DNA from: an uncultured Myxococcales bacterium
GTDB taxonomy: Bacteria; Myxococcota_A; UBA9042; CAZBRS01
NCBI GenBank assembly: GCA_964494475.1
Contig: CAZBRS010000003.1
Location: 80,286-144,285 of the forward strand
Reading direction: 5' to 3'
DNA: 64,000 nucleotides
Shown here: one piece after another, positions 8,713-17,356 of the stretch
Position numbering within the stretch: the stretch's first letter is position 1
Layout of the letters: the number at the start of each line of letters is the position of its first letter
Notes under the pieces: generated by a model
The model's input: only the letters and a program-made list of their open reading frames with translations
Told to the model about the DNA's origin: nothing
The model's database searches: none
Position numbers and translations under genes: made by a program

Positions 8713-10446
8713 CTAACCTGCCGGATTGAACACGAACGGCCACTTGACGATGCAGATGCCGCCCTTGGGCTTCTGGAACGTCATGCGACGGATGCTGCGG
8801 AGCACGCAGTCCTCGACCTGCCCGTTCTTCAGGGTGGTCGCGATCACCGTGGCGTTCTGGGCCTTGCCTTCCTGGTCGATGGTCCAGCGCACGTCGATCT
8901 TGCCGGCCAGATCGGGGTTCAGGATGAGCTGGCTCTCGTAGCACGCCTTGATGGCGTTCTTGCGGCGCATCACCATGTTGCGGATGTTGCTCTTCTCGCA
9001 GAAGCCCTCGGCGCTGCCCTGGCCGAAGTTGATCTGCGACACCTTCTTGGTGCCCTTGCGACCCAGGCTGGCCTTCATGCCCACGCCGCCCCCGGTATCG
9101 ATCTTGCCGAGGCCCTGGATGCGCCCGTAGCCGCCAGCGCCACCGCCGCCCTTGCCCGTTCCGCGGAAGCCGAGGCCTCCGGATCCGTGGCCGAGGACGA
9201 ACTCGGCGCCCGTGCCGCTCATGGCGACGGCCAGCTTGTTGTTGAACCCCTCGTCGTTGGACATGAGGTTCGAGAGCGCGCTGTTGTTGTTCAGGTTGTC
9301 GGACAGCATGGAGTTCAGGCCGATCTTCTTGGGATCGATCTCCTTGACCATCTTGCCGTCGCGCTTCGGCACCTTGCTCTCGAGGTCGGGATCGACGTCG
9401 GTGTCGCCGAACTTGCCCTCGTCGCCTTCGGCCTGCTTGCCGGTGGTGTCTTCCTCTTCGCCGAGATCCTGCTGCTTCTGCTCCTCGAACGTCTCGAACT
9501 CGACCTTGAGCGTCTTGTTCGGGTCGTCGATCTTGGGCTTGGCGGGGGACTCGACCCAACTGAACAGCGAGAACGCCAGCAGCCCGAACTGCAACACGAC
9601 CGACGCCAGGAACACGCCCATGAGGTCACGGTCGAACACCATGCCGAGCGAGCCGAAGCGCCGGTGCTGCCGCACGAAGCGGAAGAACAGGTTCACGCGG
9701 CCGATGTTCCACACACCCCAGTCGCCGTCGTTGAACGGCACGTAGTTGACGCCCGAGACGTTGAAGGTGTTGGCCTTCAGGAACTCGGCGATCTCGCTCT
9801 TCTTTCCGCCGATGGAGACCTGGCCCTTCATGGCGGTCGACAGACCGATCTTGTATTCACCGGCGCCCGTGGCCGTGAACAGCTTGAACGACTTGGGCAG
9901 GTCGGTCGAGGGCACCGTGAACGTGTTGGCGATGCCCTCGCCCGCCGTGACGTCTTGCGGTTCGGTGAACATGAGCTCGTGCACGACCTCGCCGTGGAAG
10001 AACTGCGCCACGCGCAGGAACGGCCCGTGCGGCAGCCAGCCCGTCTCGGCGTTGACCGTGGCCAGGCCGCCGACCAGCAGCGCCACCGAACCCAGCATGA
10101 CGAAGTAGTACCCCACCAGCGCGATGATGACATCGGTCTGGAAGATCTGCGGACAGGCCAGGAAGATGTAGCCGAGGGTGGCCATCGTCCAGAGCCCGAA
10201 CACGATGTTCGCGGCGCCGTAGGCCCGCCGCATCTTGCGAACGAAGATGACCGCGCTGACCCCGAGCGAGAGCACGAGCGTCGCGATGAGCATCGCGATC
10301 GAGCCGGTGGGCCCCTCGAGGCCCAACAACCACTCGAGCCCCGTGACGTTCATGAGGAGTTGTTCGAGCTCGAAGAACGGAAGGACCGTCGCCCCGATGA
10401 GCGCGACGAACGCGCCCACGACGGAGATCAGGAGTCCTTTCTTCAT
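8713..10446 (-). CDS. Polytopic inner-membrane protein with a C-terminal TonB/TolA-C-like (AgmX/PglI-type) domain
   Basis: There are about five N-terminal TM helices. A Lys/Glu/Asp/Gly-rich low-complexity linker follows. The C-terminal 100 aa (AIKACYESQLILNPDLAGKIDVRWTIDQEGK...VLRSIRRMTFQKP) fit a TonB_C-like pattern. The stop codon directly abuts the tolB stop, with 0 nt between them. Confidence 0.6.
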   Translation of the reverse strand: MKKGLLISVVGAFVALIGATVLPFFELEQLLMNVTGLEWLLGLEGPTGSIAMLIATLVLSLGVSAVIFVRKMRRAYGAANIVFGLWTMATLGYIFLACPQIFQTDVIIALVGYYFVMLGSVALLVGGLATVNAETGWLPHGPFLRVAQFFHGEVVHELMFTEPQDVTAGEGIANTFTVPSTDLPKSFKLFTATGAGEYKIGLSTAMKGQVSIGGKKSEIAEFLKANTFNVSGVNYVPFNDGDWGVWNIGRVNLFFRFVRQHRRFGSLGMVFDRDLMGVFLASVVLQFGLLAFSLFSWVESPAKPKIDDPNKTLKVEFETFEEQKQQDLGEEEDTTGKQAEGDEGKFGDTDVDPDLESKVPKRDGKMVKEIDPKKIGLNSMLSDNLNNNSALSNLMSNDEGFNNKLAVAMSGTGAEFVLGHGSGGLGFRGTGKGGGGAGGYGRIQGLGKIDTGGGVGMKASLGRKGTKKVSQINFGQGSAEGFCEKSNIRNMVMRRKNAIKACYESQLILNPDLAGKIDVRWTIDQEGKAQNATVIATTLKNGQVEDCVLRSIRRMTFQKPKGGICIVKWPFVFNPAG

Positions 10447-10555
10447 TGTCGCCCCCGTGCGGATGCGGCCCCGAGCGGCCAGACCTGCGGTATGGTAGTA
10501 AGGTCGCCTTGGGGCGTCAAGCGTTTTGGGCTCGCGCGTCGAGCCAGGAAATTCG

Positions 10556-10584
10556 TTGACAGCCCTCTACCCCGTCGATATCAT
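10556..10584 (+). promoter_or_regulatory. Sigma70-like promoter, TTGACA-17nt-TATCAT, upstream of the tolQ/aglR-like operon
   Basis: TTGACA lies at 10556-10561 and TATCAT at 10579-10584. They sit in the divergent intergenic region about 65 nt upstream of the ATG at 10653. Confidence 0.4.
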
Positions 10585-10652
10585 CCCGTCCGTTGCCCGG
10601 CCGTGGTATTGGCCGCGGTAGGTTCATTCCTGTCTATTCTGGGAGGAGCCAG

Positions 10653-11312
10653 ATGAGCTTCATCGCGGAGTCGTTCGAGAAGGGCGGATGGATGATGTGG
10701 CCGATCCTCATCACGAGCATCTTCGTGTGGGGTGTGGCAATCGAGAGAACCATTTACCTGTTCTTCCGGGCCAGCGCCCCCGCGGAGGCGCTCCTGCACC
10801 TGCTCGAGCGGTCCATCATGTCGGGCGACCTCGCCCGCGCCATCAAGGACTCCTTGACGCAGAACTCGCCCCTGGCGCGCATCATCCGCTCGGGCCTCAC
10901 CAAGGTCGAGCGCGGCACCGACGAGGTGCAGGCCGCCATCGACGAGGCCGCCCTCCGCGAGCTGCCGAAGATCGAGAAGCGCACGGCCTACCTTGCCATG
11001 TTCGGCAACGTCGCCATGCTCCTCGGCCTGCTCGGCACCATCACGGGCATGATCATTTCGTTCGGCGCCGTCGCGAACGCTGATCCGTCCGAGAAGGCCT
11101 CCCTGCTGGCCCGCGGCATCTCCGAAGCCATGAACTGCACCGCCTTCGGTCTGATCACGGCCATCCCGGCGCTGCTGTTCTTCGCCATCCTCCAGGGCAA
11201 GACGCAGAAGCTCATCGACGACATCAACGAGGGCTCGATCCGCGTCGTCAACCTGGTGCTGGCGCACAAGGACCAGCTCCTGTCGAAGGAGTCCACGCGT
11301 ACGAAGGGCTAA
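10653..11312 (+). CDS. MotA/TolQ/ExbB-family proton channel, AglR/TolQ-like
   Basis: The ribosome binding site GGGAGGAG precedes the ATG. There are three TM helices with the conserved family architecture. Confidence 0.8.
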   Translation: MSFIAESFEKGGWMMWPILITSIFVWGVAIERTIYLFFRASAPAEALLHLLERSIMSGDLARAIKDSLTQNSPLARIIRSGLTKVERGTDEVQAAIDEAALRELPKIEKRTAYLAMFGNVAMLLGLLGTITGMIISFGAVANADPSEKASLLARGISEAMNCTAFGLITAIPALLFFAILQGKTQKLIDDINEGSIRVVNLVLAHKDQLLSKESTRTKG

Positions 11313-11367
11313 ACACCCGTCGTCGCGTTCCTGACTCCCTCCAACCTGCCTTCGGGAGGAGCACAGC

Positions 11368-11850
11368 ATGGCTGGCGGTGGATCCCCGACTCCGAGCAAG
11401 AGTGGCAAGAAGTCCTTGGACTTCGTCGTCAATCTTGTGCCGATGATTGACCTTCTCTCCGTGCTGATCTCGTTCCTGCTCATCACCGCCGTGTGGACCG
11501 AGTTGGCTCGCATCAACACGGACAACGTGATGGACAAGTCCGACGTCAAGCCCAAGCAGGAGCAGCAGGAAGAACGCAAGGACCTGAAGATCCTGCTCGA
11601 CGACAAGGGCGGCGTTCAGATGCGCTTCACGGGCGAAGAGCCCGTTCGCGTCGAGCGGGGTGACGACCTCATGGGTCGCTTCCGCGAGAAGATCACCGAG
11701 CTCAAGAAGCGCGCCAAGGAGAACCAGAAGGTCATCGTCGCCGCCGAAGACAAAGTCCAGTACGAGCTGCTCATCCAGGTCATGGACATTTGCCTCGACG
11801 TCGGCCTGAAGGCGCTCTCGGTCGGTGATCCGAGCGCGTTCGAGTCCTAG
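11368..11850 (+). CDS. ExbD/TolR-family protein, copy 1
   Basis: There is a single TM helix carrying the conserved Asp (VPMIDLLSVL) and a periplasmic ExbD fold. Confidence 0.8.
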   Translation: MAGGGSPTPSKSGKKSLDFVVNLVPMIDLLSVLISFLLITAVWTELARINTDNVMDKSDVKPKQEQQEERKDLKILLDDKGGVQMRFTGEEPVRVERGDDLMGRFREKITELKKRAKENQKVIVAAEDKVQYELLIQVMDICLDVGLKALSVGDPSAFES

Positions 11851-11877
11851 TCTGGCACTGCGCCGCGGGAGGTTCCG

Positions 11878-12438
11878 ATGCCCGTAAAGAAGCCCCAGAA
11901 GCAGATCGGCAAATCGATCAGCTTGAGGTTCTACAAGAAGAGCGCGCACGGCAAGGCCTCGATGCTGGCCGACCTCAACGTGACGCCCATGGTCGACATG
12001 CTCATGATGCTCGTCGTGTTCCTGCTGATGTCGTTCAGCGCCTCCGGCGAGATCCTGTTCATCTCCAAGGACATCACCCTGCCCAAGGCCTACAACTCCG
12101 TGACCCTCGACCGCGCCCCCGTAATCGCGGTCTCCGCGTCGTCCGTGGCGCTCGAAGGCGAACTGGTCATGCGCACCGGCGACGTCGATGAGCGCTGGTA
12201 CTCCGACTGGAAGCTCCCGCCCGTCATCGAACGCCTGGAGCGCATGCGTCGCCTCGCGCAGGAGGCCAACCCCGACAGGCCGTTCAAGGGCGAGGTCATC
12301 ATCCAGTCCGACGGACAAGTGCAGTTCGCGGTCATCAAGATGGTCATGTTCTCGTGCGCCCAGGCTGGCTACGTGAACGTGAACTTCGCCGTTCAGAAGG
12401 GTGGCAAGGCCGTCGTCACCACCGGCGGCGAGCACTGA
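11878..12438 (+). CDS. ExbD/TolR-family protein, copy 2
   Basis: The TM helix carries the conserved Asp (TPMVDMLMML). It is a second paralog in the same operon. Confidence 0.8.
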   Translation: MPVKKPQKQIGKSISLRFYKKSAHGKASMLADLNVTPMVDMLMMLVVFLLMSFSASGEILFISKDITLPKAYNSVTLDRAPVIAVSASSVALEGELVMRTGDVDERWYSDWKLPPVIERLERMRRLAQEANPDRPFKGEVIIQSDGQVQFAVIKMVMFSCAQAGYVNVNFAVQKGGKAVVTTGGEH

Positions 12439-12464
12439 GCCGCGGCCCTTCGTCAGGGGGTCCC

Positions 12465-13505
12465 GTGCCCCTCTTCTTCTTTCGCTTCTTCCCTCGACAT
12501 CGCCTCGGGTTGGTGCTCGCGCTCGGCTTCCTGCTGCTCGTGGCCGGGGCCTTCGTGTTCTTCACCTGGCGCGGCCGCGACGTCCTGACCGACTTCTACG
12601 AGCCCAAGCTGCTGACCCTGCGCGTGGGGGGCGTGACCGTCTATCCCTCCACCAGCGCCATGGCCGAGGTCATGGCCGGTCTGCCGGTCGAGGTGACCTG
12701 CGAGGTCGTGGCGCCCGCGCGCCCGGGTGAGCAGTCGCACTTCGTCCTGCAGGGGGGCGGAGAGCCCGTGAGCGCGAAGGGATGCAACGCGAAGCTCGCG
12801 TGGAGCGGTCCCTCCGGCCAGGAGGGGCGCGTGTCGGTCGAGTACCACGTGCGTGGGGCCGACGGCACCGATCGGCTCATCGAGCGCCGCGAGGCCAAGG
12901 TCACCCTGGTCGCGCAGCGCGAGTACCTCCGCATCCGCTCGCTGGAAGACGATCAGCAGCGTCCGCTCCCCACCCTGACCGTACCGCGCTCGGTCGTGCC
13001 GTTCGTCGACGCGGCGTTGCGCCTCGAGGGCAGCCCGGAGCACTACGCCGTGCTCTTCTTCGTGCGCAGGCAAGGCGGCACCTCCCCGGTGCTGCAGGTT
13101 CTGGTGCCGCCCGACGATCCCAAGGCCTGGCGCCCCGTGGTCGCGCCGTTGCGAAAGTTCCGCTCGTGGGGCGAGGGTCTGAATGGCTTCGCTGCCTGGC
13201 CCGGGGGCCGCGACCCGCGCAAGGATCAGCCGGCCGACCCCATCCAGATCGGCAACCAGGAAGAGACCCGCGTGGCGTTCGAGCTCTTCGCGGGCCTGTT
13301 CCGCCTGGCCGACGTGCCGCGCGTGACCGAGGCCGCCATCAGCCTCAAGGAGGTCGGCGGCGAGCGCGCGGTGTTCCAGGTCAAGGGGCTCGAGCTCGAG
13401 GCCCTGCGCCAGATCGCGTACAAGGGCTGGCTGAGCGAGCCCGTCACCGTGGTTCGCGCCGAGGTCGCCCCCAAGGCCACCACGTTCGAGTGGCGCGCCG
13501 AGTAG
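12465..13505 (+). CDS. Hypothetical membrane-anchored periplasmic protein, last gene of the motor operon
   Basis: A GTG start is proposed at 12465, after AGGGGG. There is a single N-terminal TM helix (LGLVLALGFLLLVAGAFVFF). It lacks the TolA-like Ala/Lys/Glu-rich helical region. Confidence 0.5.
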   Translation: MPLFFFRFFPRHRLGLVLALGFLLLVAGAFVFFTWRGRDVLTDFYEPKLLTLRVGGVTVYPSTSAMAEVMAGLPVEVTCEVVAPARPGEQSHFVLQGGGEPVSAKGCNAKLAWSGPSGQEGRVSVEYHVRGADGTDRLIERREAKVTLVAQREYLRIRSLEDDQQRPLPTLTVPRSVVPFVDAALRLEGSPEHYAVLFFVRRQGGTSPVLQVLVPPDDPKAWRPVVAPLRKFRSWGEGLNGFAAWPGGRDPRKDQPADPIQIGNQEETRVAFELFAGLFRLADVPRVTEAAISLKEVGGERAVFQVKGLELEALRQIAYKGWLSEPVTVVRAEVAPKATTFEWRAE

Positions 13506-13529
13506 TTCCCCGCCTGAACCGGAGTCACC

Positions 13530-15221
13530 ATGAAGATCCTGGGCCTCAACTTCTCGAACGACTCGGCGGCGGCCCTGGTCGTCGACGGGCGCATCGAAGC
13601 GGCCGTCCAGGAGGAGCGCTTCTCCCGCGTCAAGCACGACCGCGCCTTCCCCTTCCAGGCGGTGCAGTACTGCCTGGCCCACGGAGGCCTGCAGCTCGCC
13701 GAGCTGGACGCAGTGGCGTTCTTCTGGAACCCGCTCCAGCACATGGACACCTACAGCGCGCGCATGAACAGCGCGTTTCGGCACCACCTCGAGTACCTGT
13801 ACGACGTGCCCGCCAGCCTGGCCCGCTATCTTCCCACGGCTTGGACGCGCGCCCCCTACGTCAAGCTCAGCGTTCCGCTGCCCGACGGGCGCGAGCTGCC
13901 GTTCTACTTCGTCGAGCACCACCTGGCGCACGCCGCCTCGGCCTTCCTGGGCTCGCCTTGGGACGAGGCCGCCATCCTGACCGTCGACGGCTACGGCGAG
14001 CGCACCACGACCCTCCTGGCGCGTGGCAAAGGCACGTCGCTCGAGGTGCTCGGGCGCGTCGACTTTCCGCACTCCATCGGCTCGGTCTACGCGGCCGTCA
14101 CCGAGTTCCTGGGCTTCAAGCCCAACCGCGACGAGGGCAAGGTCATGGGCCTCGCCTCCTACGGACAGCCGCGCTACCTCGAGGCGTTCCGCGAGCTGGT
14201 GCGGCTCACCGACGACGGCTACGAGGTCGACCTCAACGCGTTCCGGTACTACCTGGAGGCGCCCCACCGCTTCTCGGACGCCTTCGTGGCCCGCTTCGGC
14301 GCCCCGCGCGCGGCCGAGGCTCCGCTGACCGAGCGCGACCAGGACCTGGCCGCCAGCCTGCAGGCGCGCACCGAGGAGGTGCTCCTGCACCTGGCGCGGC
14401 GCCTGCGCGAGAAGACGGGCCTGAAAGCCCTGGCCATGGCCGGCGGGGTCACGCTCAACTGCGTGGCCAACGGTCGTCTCCAGCGCGAGGCCGGCTTCGA
14501 CGAGTACTTCTTCCTGCCCGCCTCGAGCGACGCCGGGGCCAGCCTGGGCGCCGCGCTCTACGTCGAGCACGTGCTCGGCAAGAACCCGGCGCGCTTGCCC
14601 TTCCCGGGCGAGTACCTGGGCCCGTGTTACACCGACGCACAGATCGAAGAGCGCCTGGCGCGCGGGGGCGTCCGGGCCGTACGCGTCGACGGCATCGAGC
14701 AGCGCGTGGCCGAGCTGCTGGCCGAAGGCAGGATCGTGGGCTGGTTCCAGGGCCGGGCCGAGTTCGGGCCCCGCGCGCTCGGCAACCGGAGCATCCTGGC
14801 CGATCCGCGCCGAGTCGACATGAAGGACGTGCTGAACGCGCGCGTGAAGTTCCGTGAACCGTTCCGACCCTTCGCCCCCTCTATCTGCGAGGAGGCCTGC
14901 GGGCAGTTCTTCTCGAGCGCGGTACCGTCGCCTTACATGCTGCGCGTCTACGACACGCTGCCCGACAAGCGGGGCGTGCTGCCCGCCATCACCCACGTCG
15001 ACGGCGGCGCGCGCGTGCAGACCGTGAACCGGCAACAGAACCCGAAGTACTACGACCTCATCCGCGCCTTCGGCGACCTCACGGGCGTGCCCTGCGTGGT
15101 GAACACCTCGTTCAACGTGCGGGGCGAGCCCATCGTCACGACCCCCGAAGAGGCGTACCGCTGCTACGCCAGCACCGACATGGACGCGCTGGCGATCGGA
15201 TCCTATCTATTCGTGAAGTAG
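13530..15221 (+). CDS. NodU/CmcH-family carbamoyltransferase
   Basis: The N-terminus is MKILGLN..DSAAAL..DGRI..AVQEERFSRVKHD. Both the N and C carbamoyltransferase domains are conserved. Confidence 0.8.
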   Translation: MKILGLNFSNDSAAALVVDGRIEAAVQEERFSRVKHDRAFPFQAVQYCLAHGGLQLAELDAVAFFWNPLQHMDTYSARMNSAFRHHLEYLYDVPASLARYLPTAWTRAPYVKLSVPLPDGRELPFYFVEHHLAHAASAFLGSPWDEAAILTVDGYGERTTTLLARGKGTSLEVLGRVDFPHSIGSVYAAVTEFLGFKPNRDEGKVMGLASYGQPRYLEAFRELVRLTDDGYEVDLNAFRYYLEAPHRFSDAFVARFGAPRAAEAPLTERDQDLAASLQARTEEVLLHLARRLREKTGLKALAMAGGVTLNCVANGRLQREAGFDEYFFLPASSDAGASLGAALYVEHVLGKNPARLPFPGEYLGPCYTDAQIEERLARGGVRAVRVDGIEQRVAELLAEGRIVGWFQGRAEFGPRALGNRSILADPRRVDMKDVLNARVKFREPFRPFAPSICEEACGQFFSSAVPSPYMLRVYDTLPDKRGVLPAITHVDGGARVQTVNRQQNPKYYDLIRAFGDLTGVPCVVNTSFNVRGEPIVTTPEEAYRCYASTDMDALAIGSYLFVK

Positions 15222-15241
15222 GGGCGCTGCTCGCTGCGCCC
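15222..15241. terminator. GC hairpin between convergent genes, possible bidirectional terminator
   Basis: The stem gggcgc/gcgccc flanks an 8-nt loop. There is no U-tract. Confidence 0.25.
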
Positions 15242-15258
15242 TGGCTCGCGACGCCCTG

Positions 15259-15816
15259 TCAGTTCAACCGCGGATCCTCGGGCTCTTCGTCGACGCCCAG
15301 GTTCAGGCGCGCCAGGTTGCCGAAGAGATCGTCGGACGAGACGGGCGGGGCCGCGATCTCGTCGGCTTCGGTGAGGCCGAGTTCGTCGGCCTCGGGCAGG
15401 GGCTCCTCGAAGCCGGGCAGACCGAGAGCGTTCATCGACTCGGGGTCGCGGCCCAGGATCGTGCGCAGCATGCGCACCAGATCGGTCTTGCGGAAGCGCG
15501 GCAGATCGTCGAGGAACTCGACCAGATCGAAGAAGCTCTCCTCGTCGCCCACGTAGGCCATGGCCACGGCCACCGCGTGCTCGCAGTACCGCACGGCCTC
15601 GCCGCAGTCGCAGCGCGTGGTGAAGCTGTAGGCCCCCACGTCGACCTCGACGTGGCAGACCATCTCGTCGGTCAGCACGTCGGCCAGCAGCGCGTCGCCG
15701 TTCTTCACGCGCCGGAAGACGCGCCCGTCGTTCACGAGGGTTGCCGCACGCTCGAGCCTGCGACGGCTGACGAGATCGCGAAGGTGACGATCGAGCTTCT
15801 CGGCCTTGTCGGACAT
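15259..15816 (-). CDS. SWIM zinc-finger domain protein
   Basis: The ribosome binding site GGAGG sits 5 nt before the ATG at 15816. The SWIM motif is CHVEV...CDCGEAVRYCEHAVAV (CxC...CxH). The C-terminus is acidic. Confidence 0.55.
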   Translation of the reverse strand: MSDKAEKLDRHLRDLVSRRRLERAATLVNDGRVFRRVKNGDALLADVLTDEMVCHVEVDVGAYSFTTRCDCGEAVRYCEHAVAVAMAYVGDEESFFDLVEFLDDLPRFRKTDLVRMLRTILGRDPESMNALGLPGFEEPLPEADELGLTEADEIAAPPVSSDDLFGNLARLNLGVDEEPEDPRLN

Positions 15817-15862
15817 GCGGGCCTCCGATTCGGCCGAAAGGATAGCCACCCCTGGCGCGGAT

Positions 15863-16822
15863 TCAACCCGATTGCGCAGCCTCGCCTGGATCGGAGGCCA
15901 GGCGCCGGGACGGGAGGAAGCCGAAGAGCCCGACGAGCACGGCGAACCACAGCGTGGCGAAGCGGATGAGCAGCGTGGCGAAGACCGCGACCGACTGATC
16001 GTGACAGACGCCGAGCAGCAAGAGCAACCCCACCATGCTGCCCTCGGTGGCGATCAGCCCCCCCGGCAGCATGGAGACGGCGCCCGCCAGGGCCGCCACC
16101 GTGTAGACGAACATGGCCGACTGCGGCGTGACGTTGGCGCCGAGGGCCTCGAGCACCAGGTAGAAGGCCAGGGCCTCGGCGCCCCACGCCACGACGCCCA
16201 ACGTGTTCCCGATCAGCAACGGCCACGGCCGCAACAACGTCGACAGCCGGTCGAACACCACCTCGGCCTTGGACGCCAGCCCGGCCAGGCGCGGCCTGCG
16301 CTCGAGGCGCCGGAACACGAAGCGAAGTGGCGCGCGCCACAGGACGAGCAGCAGGAAGGCGCCGATCATCAACGCGCCGCCCAGCACCAGGTCGCCGCCC
16401 ACGCCGAGCCCGGCGAAGCCGATCAGGGCCAGGAGCAGCACCGAGGTGAGGTCGGTGAAGCGCTCGCTGACCACGACCGCCGCCGTCTCGGAGATGGGGA
16501 TGCCGAAGCGACGCTTCAGGAGCACGGACTTCAGGACCTCGCCCACCTTGCCGGGCGAGATGGCCATGAACAGCCCCGCGAGAAAGATGGAGAAGCTGGC
16601 CGGGGCCGGCACGCGATGCCCCTGCTGGCCGAGGTAGATCTGCCAGCGCGCGAAGCGCACCAGGTAATTGGCGGCCGAAAGCGCCAGCAGCAGGGGGAAC
16701 CCGCTCCAGGCGTAGGCTCGCGACAGCTCGGCCAGCTTGCGCACGTCGGCCAGGAGCATGAACGCCACGTACAGGACGAACGCCGCCACGACCACGGCCA
16801 CGAGAACCCGCGTGCGCGTCAT
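15863..16822 (-). CDS. Lysylphosphatidylglycerol-synthase-TM-like (UPF0104) integral membrane protein
   Basis: The protein has multiple TM helices with an LPG_synthase_TM-type architecture. Its ATG overlaps the folK stop as ATGA. Confidence 0.6.
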   Translation of the reverse strand: MTRTRVLVAVVVAAFVLYVAFMLLADVRKLAELSRAYAWSGFPLLLALSAANYLVRFARWQIYLGQQGHRVPAPASFSIFLAGLFMAISPGKVGEVLKSVLLKRRFGIPISETAAVVVSERFTDLTSVLLLALIGFAGLGVGGDLVLGGALMIGAFLLLVLWRAPLRFVFRRLERRPRLAGLASKAEVVFDRLSTLLRPWPLLIGNTLGVVAWGAEALAFYLVLEALGANVTPQSAMFVYTVAALAGAVSMLPGGLIATEGSMVGLLLLLGVCHDQSVAVFATLLIRFATLWFAVLVGLFGFLPSRRLASDPGEAAQSG

Positions 16823-17355
16823 CCCGCGGCCTCCCCGGCGTCGAGCGGCGCAACCTGCGCGAGGGCGTCGGGGTTCCGGCCGACCCAACGGCTCCACGCG
16901 TCGAGGACCGCGCGGCCGGTGACGGGGTGCGTCCACGTGGGGTCGAGCTCGACCAGCGGGGCCAGCACGAAGCCGCGCTCCTCGACGCCGGGGTGCGGCA
17001 GCACGAGGTCGGACGACGTCAGCACCGTGTCGCCGTGGAAGAGCAGGTCGAGGTCGAGCGTTCGGGGCCCCCAGCGCGTGTGTCGAACACGACCGAAGAG
17101 ATCTTCGATGAAGTGCAGCACGGCCAGCACCTCGCGGGGCGTCAGGTTGGTGCGGGCCCGGAAGGCGCCGTTCACGTAGTCGGGTTGCGCGGGACCCATG
17201 GCCCGGGTCCGGTAGAGCCCCGACACGACCACGTCGGCGAAGGCGCCGTGCTGCTCGACGACCGTGAGCGCGTTCTCGAGGATCTGGCGGGAGTCGCCCA
17301 CGTTGGAGCCGAACGAGACGAACACGATGGACGACGGGGCTCGCATGGGGCTCAT
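16819..17355 (-). CDS. folK: 2-amino-4-hydroxy-6-hydroxymethyldihydropteridine pyrophosphokinase (HPPK)
   Basis: The conserved HPPK motifs IVFVSFGSNVGD, RWGPRTLDLDLL and LPHP are present. An alternative start lies 3 codons downstream. Confidence 0.85.
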   Translation of the reverse strand: MSPMRAPSSIVFVSFGSNVGDSRQILENALTVVEQHGAFADVVVSGLYRTRAMGPAQPDYVNGAFRARTNLTPREVLAVLHFIEDLFGRVRHTRWGPRTLDLDLLFHGDTVLTSSDLVLPHPGVEERGFVLAPLVELDPTWTHPVTGRAVLDAWSRWVGRNPDALAQVAPLDAGEAAG

Positions 17356-17356
17356 C

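Noticed and set aside
5658-8729. 1023-aa plus-strand ORF spanning the calpain, lipoprotein and tolB region
   Set aside because: The product is extremely Arg/Gly/Pro-rich. It runs antisense to or out of frame with genes that have strong motifs. This is a typical GC-rich frame artefact.
12453-15035. 860-aa minus-strand ORF
   Set aside because: It is antisense to the carbamoyltransferase and the TM-anchored protein. Its composition is R/G/A/E repeat-like.
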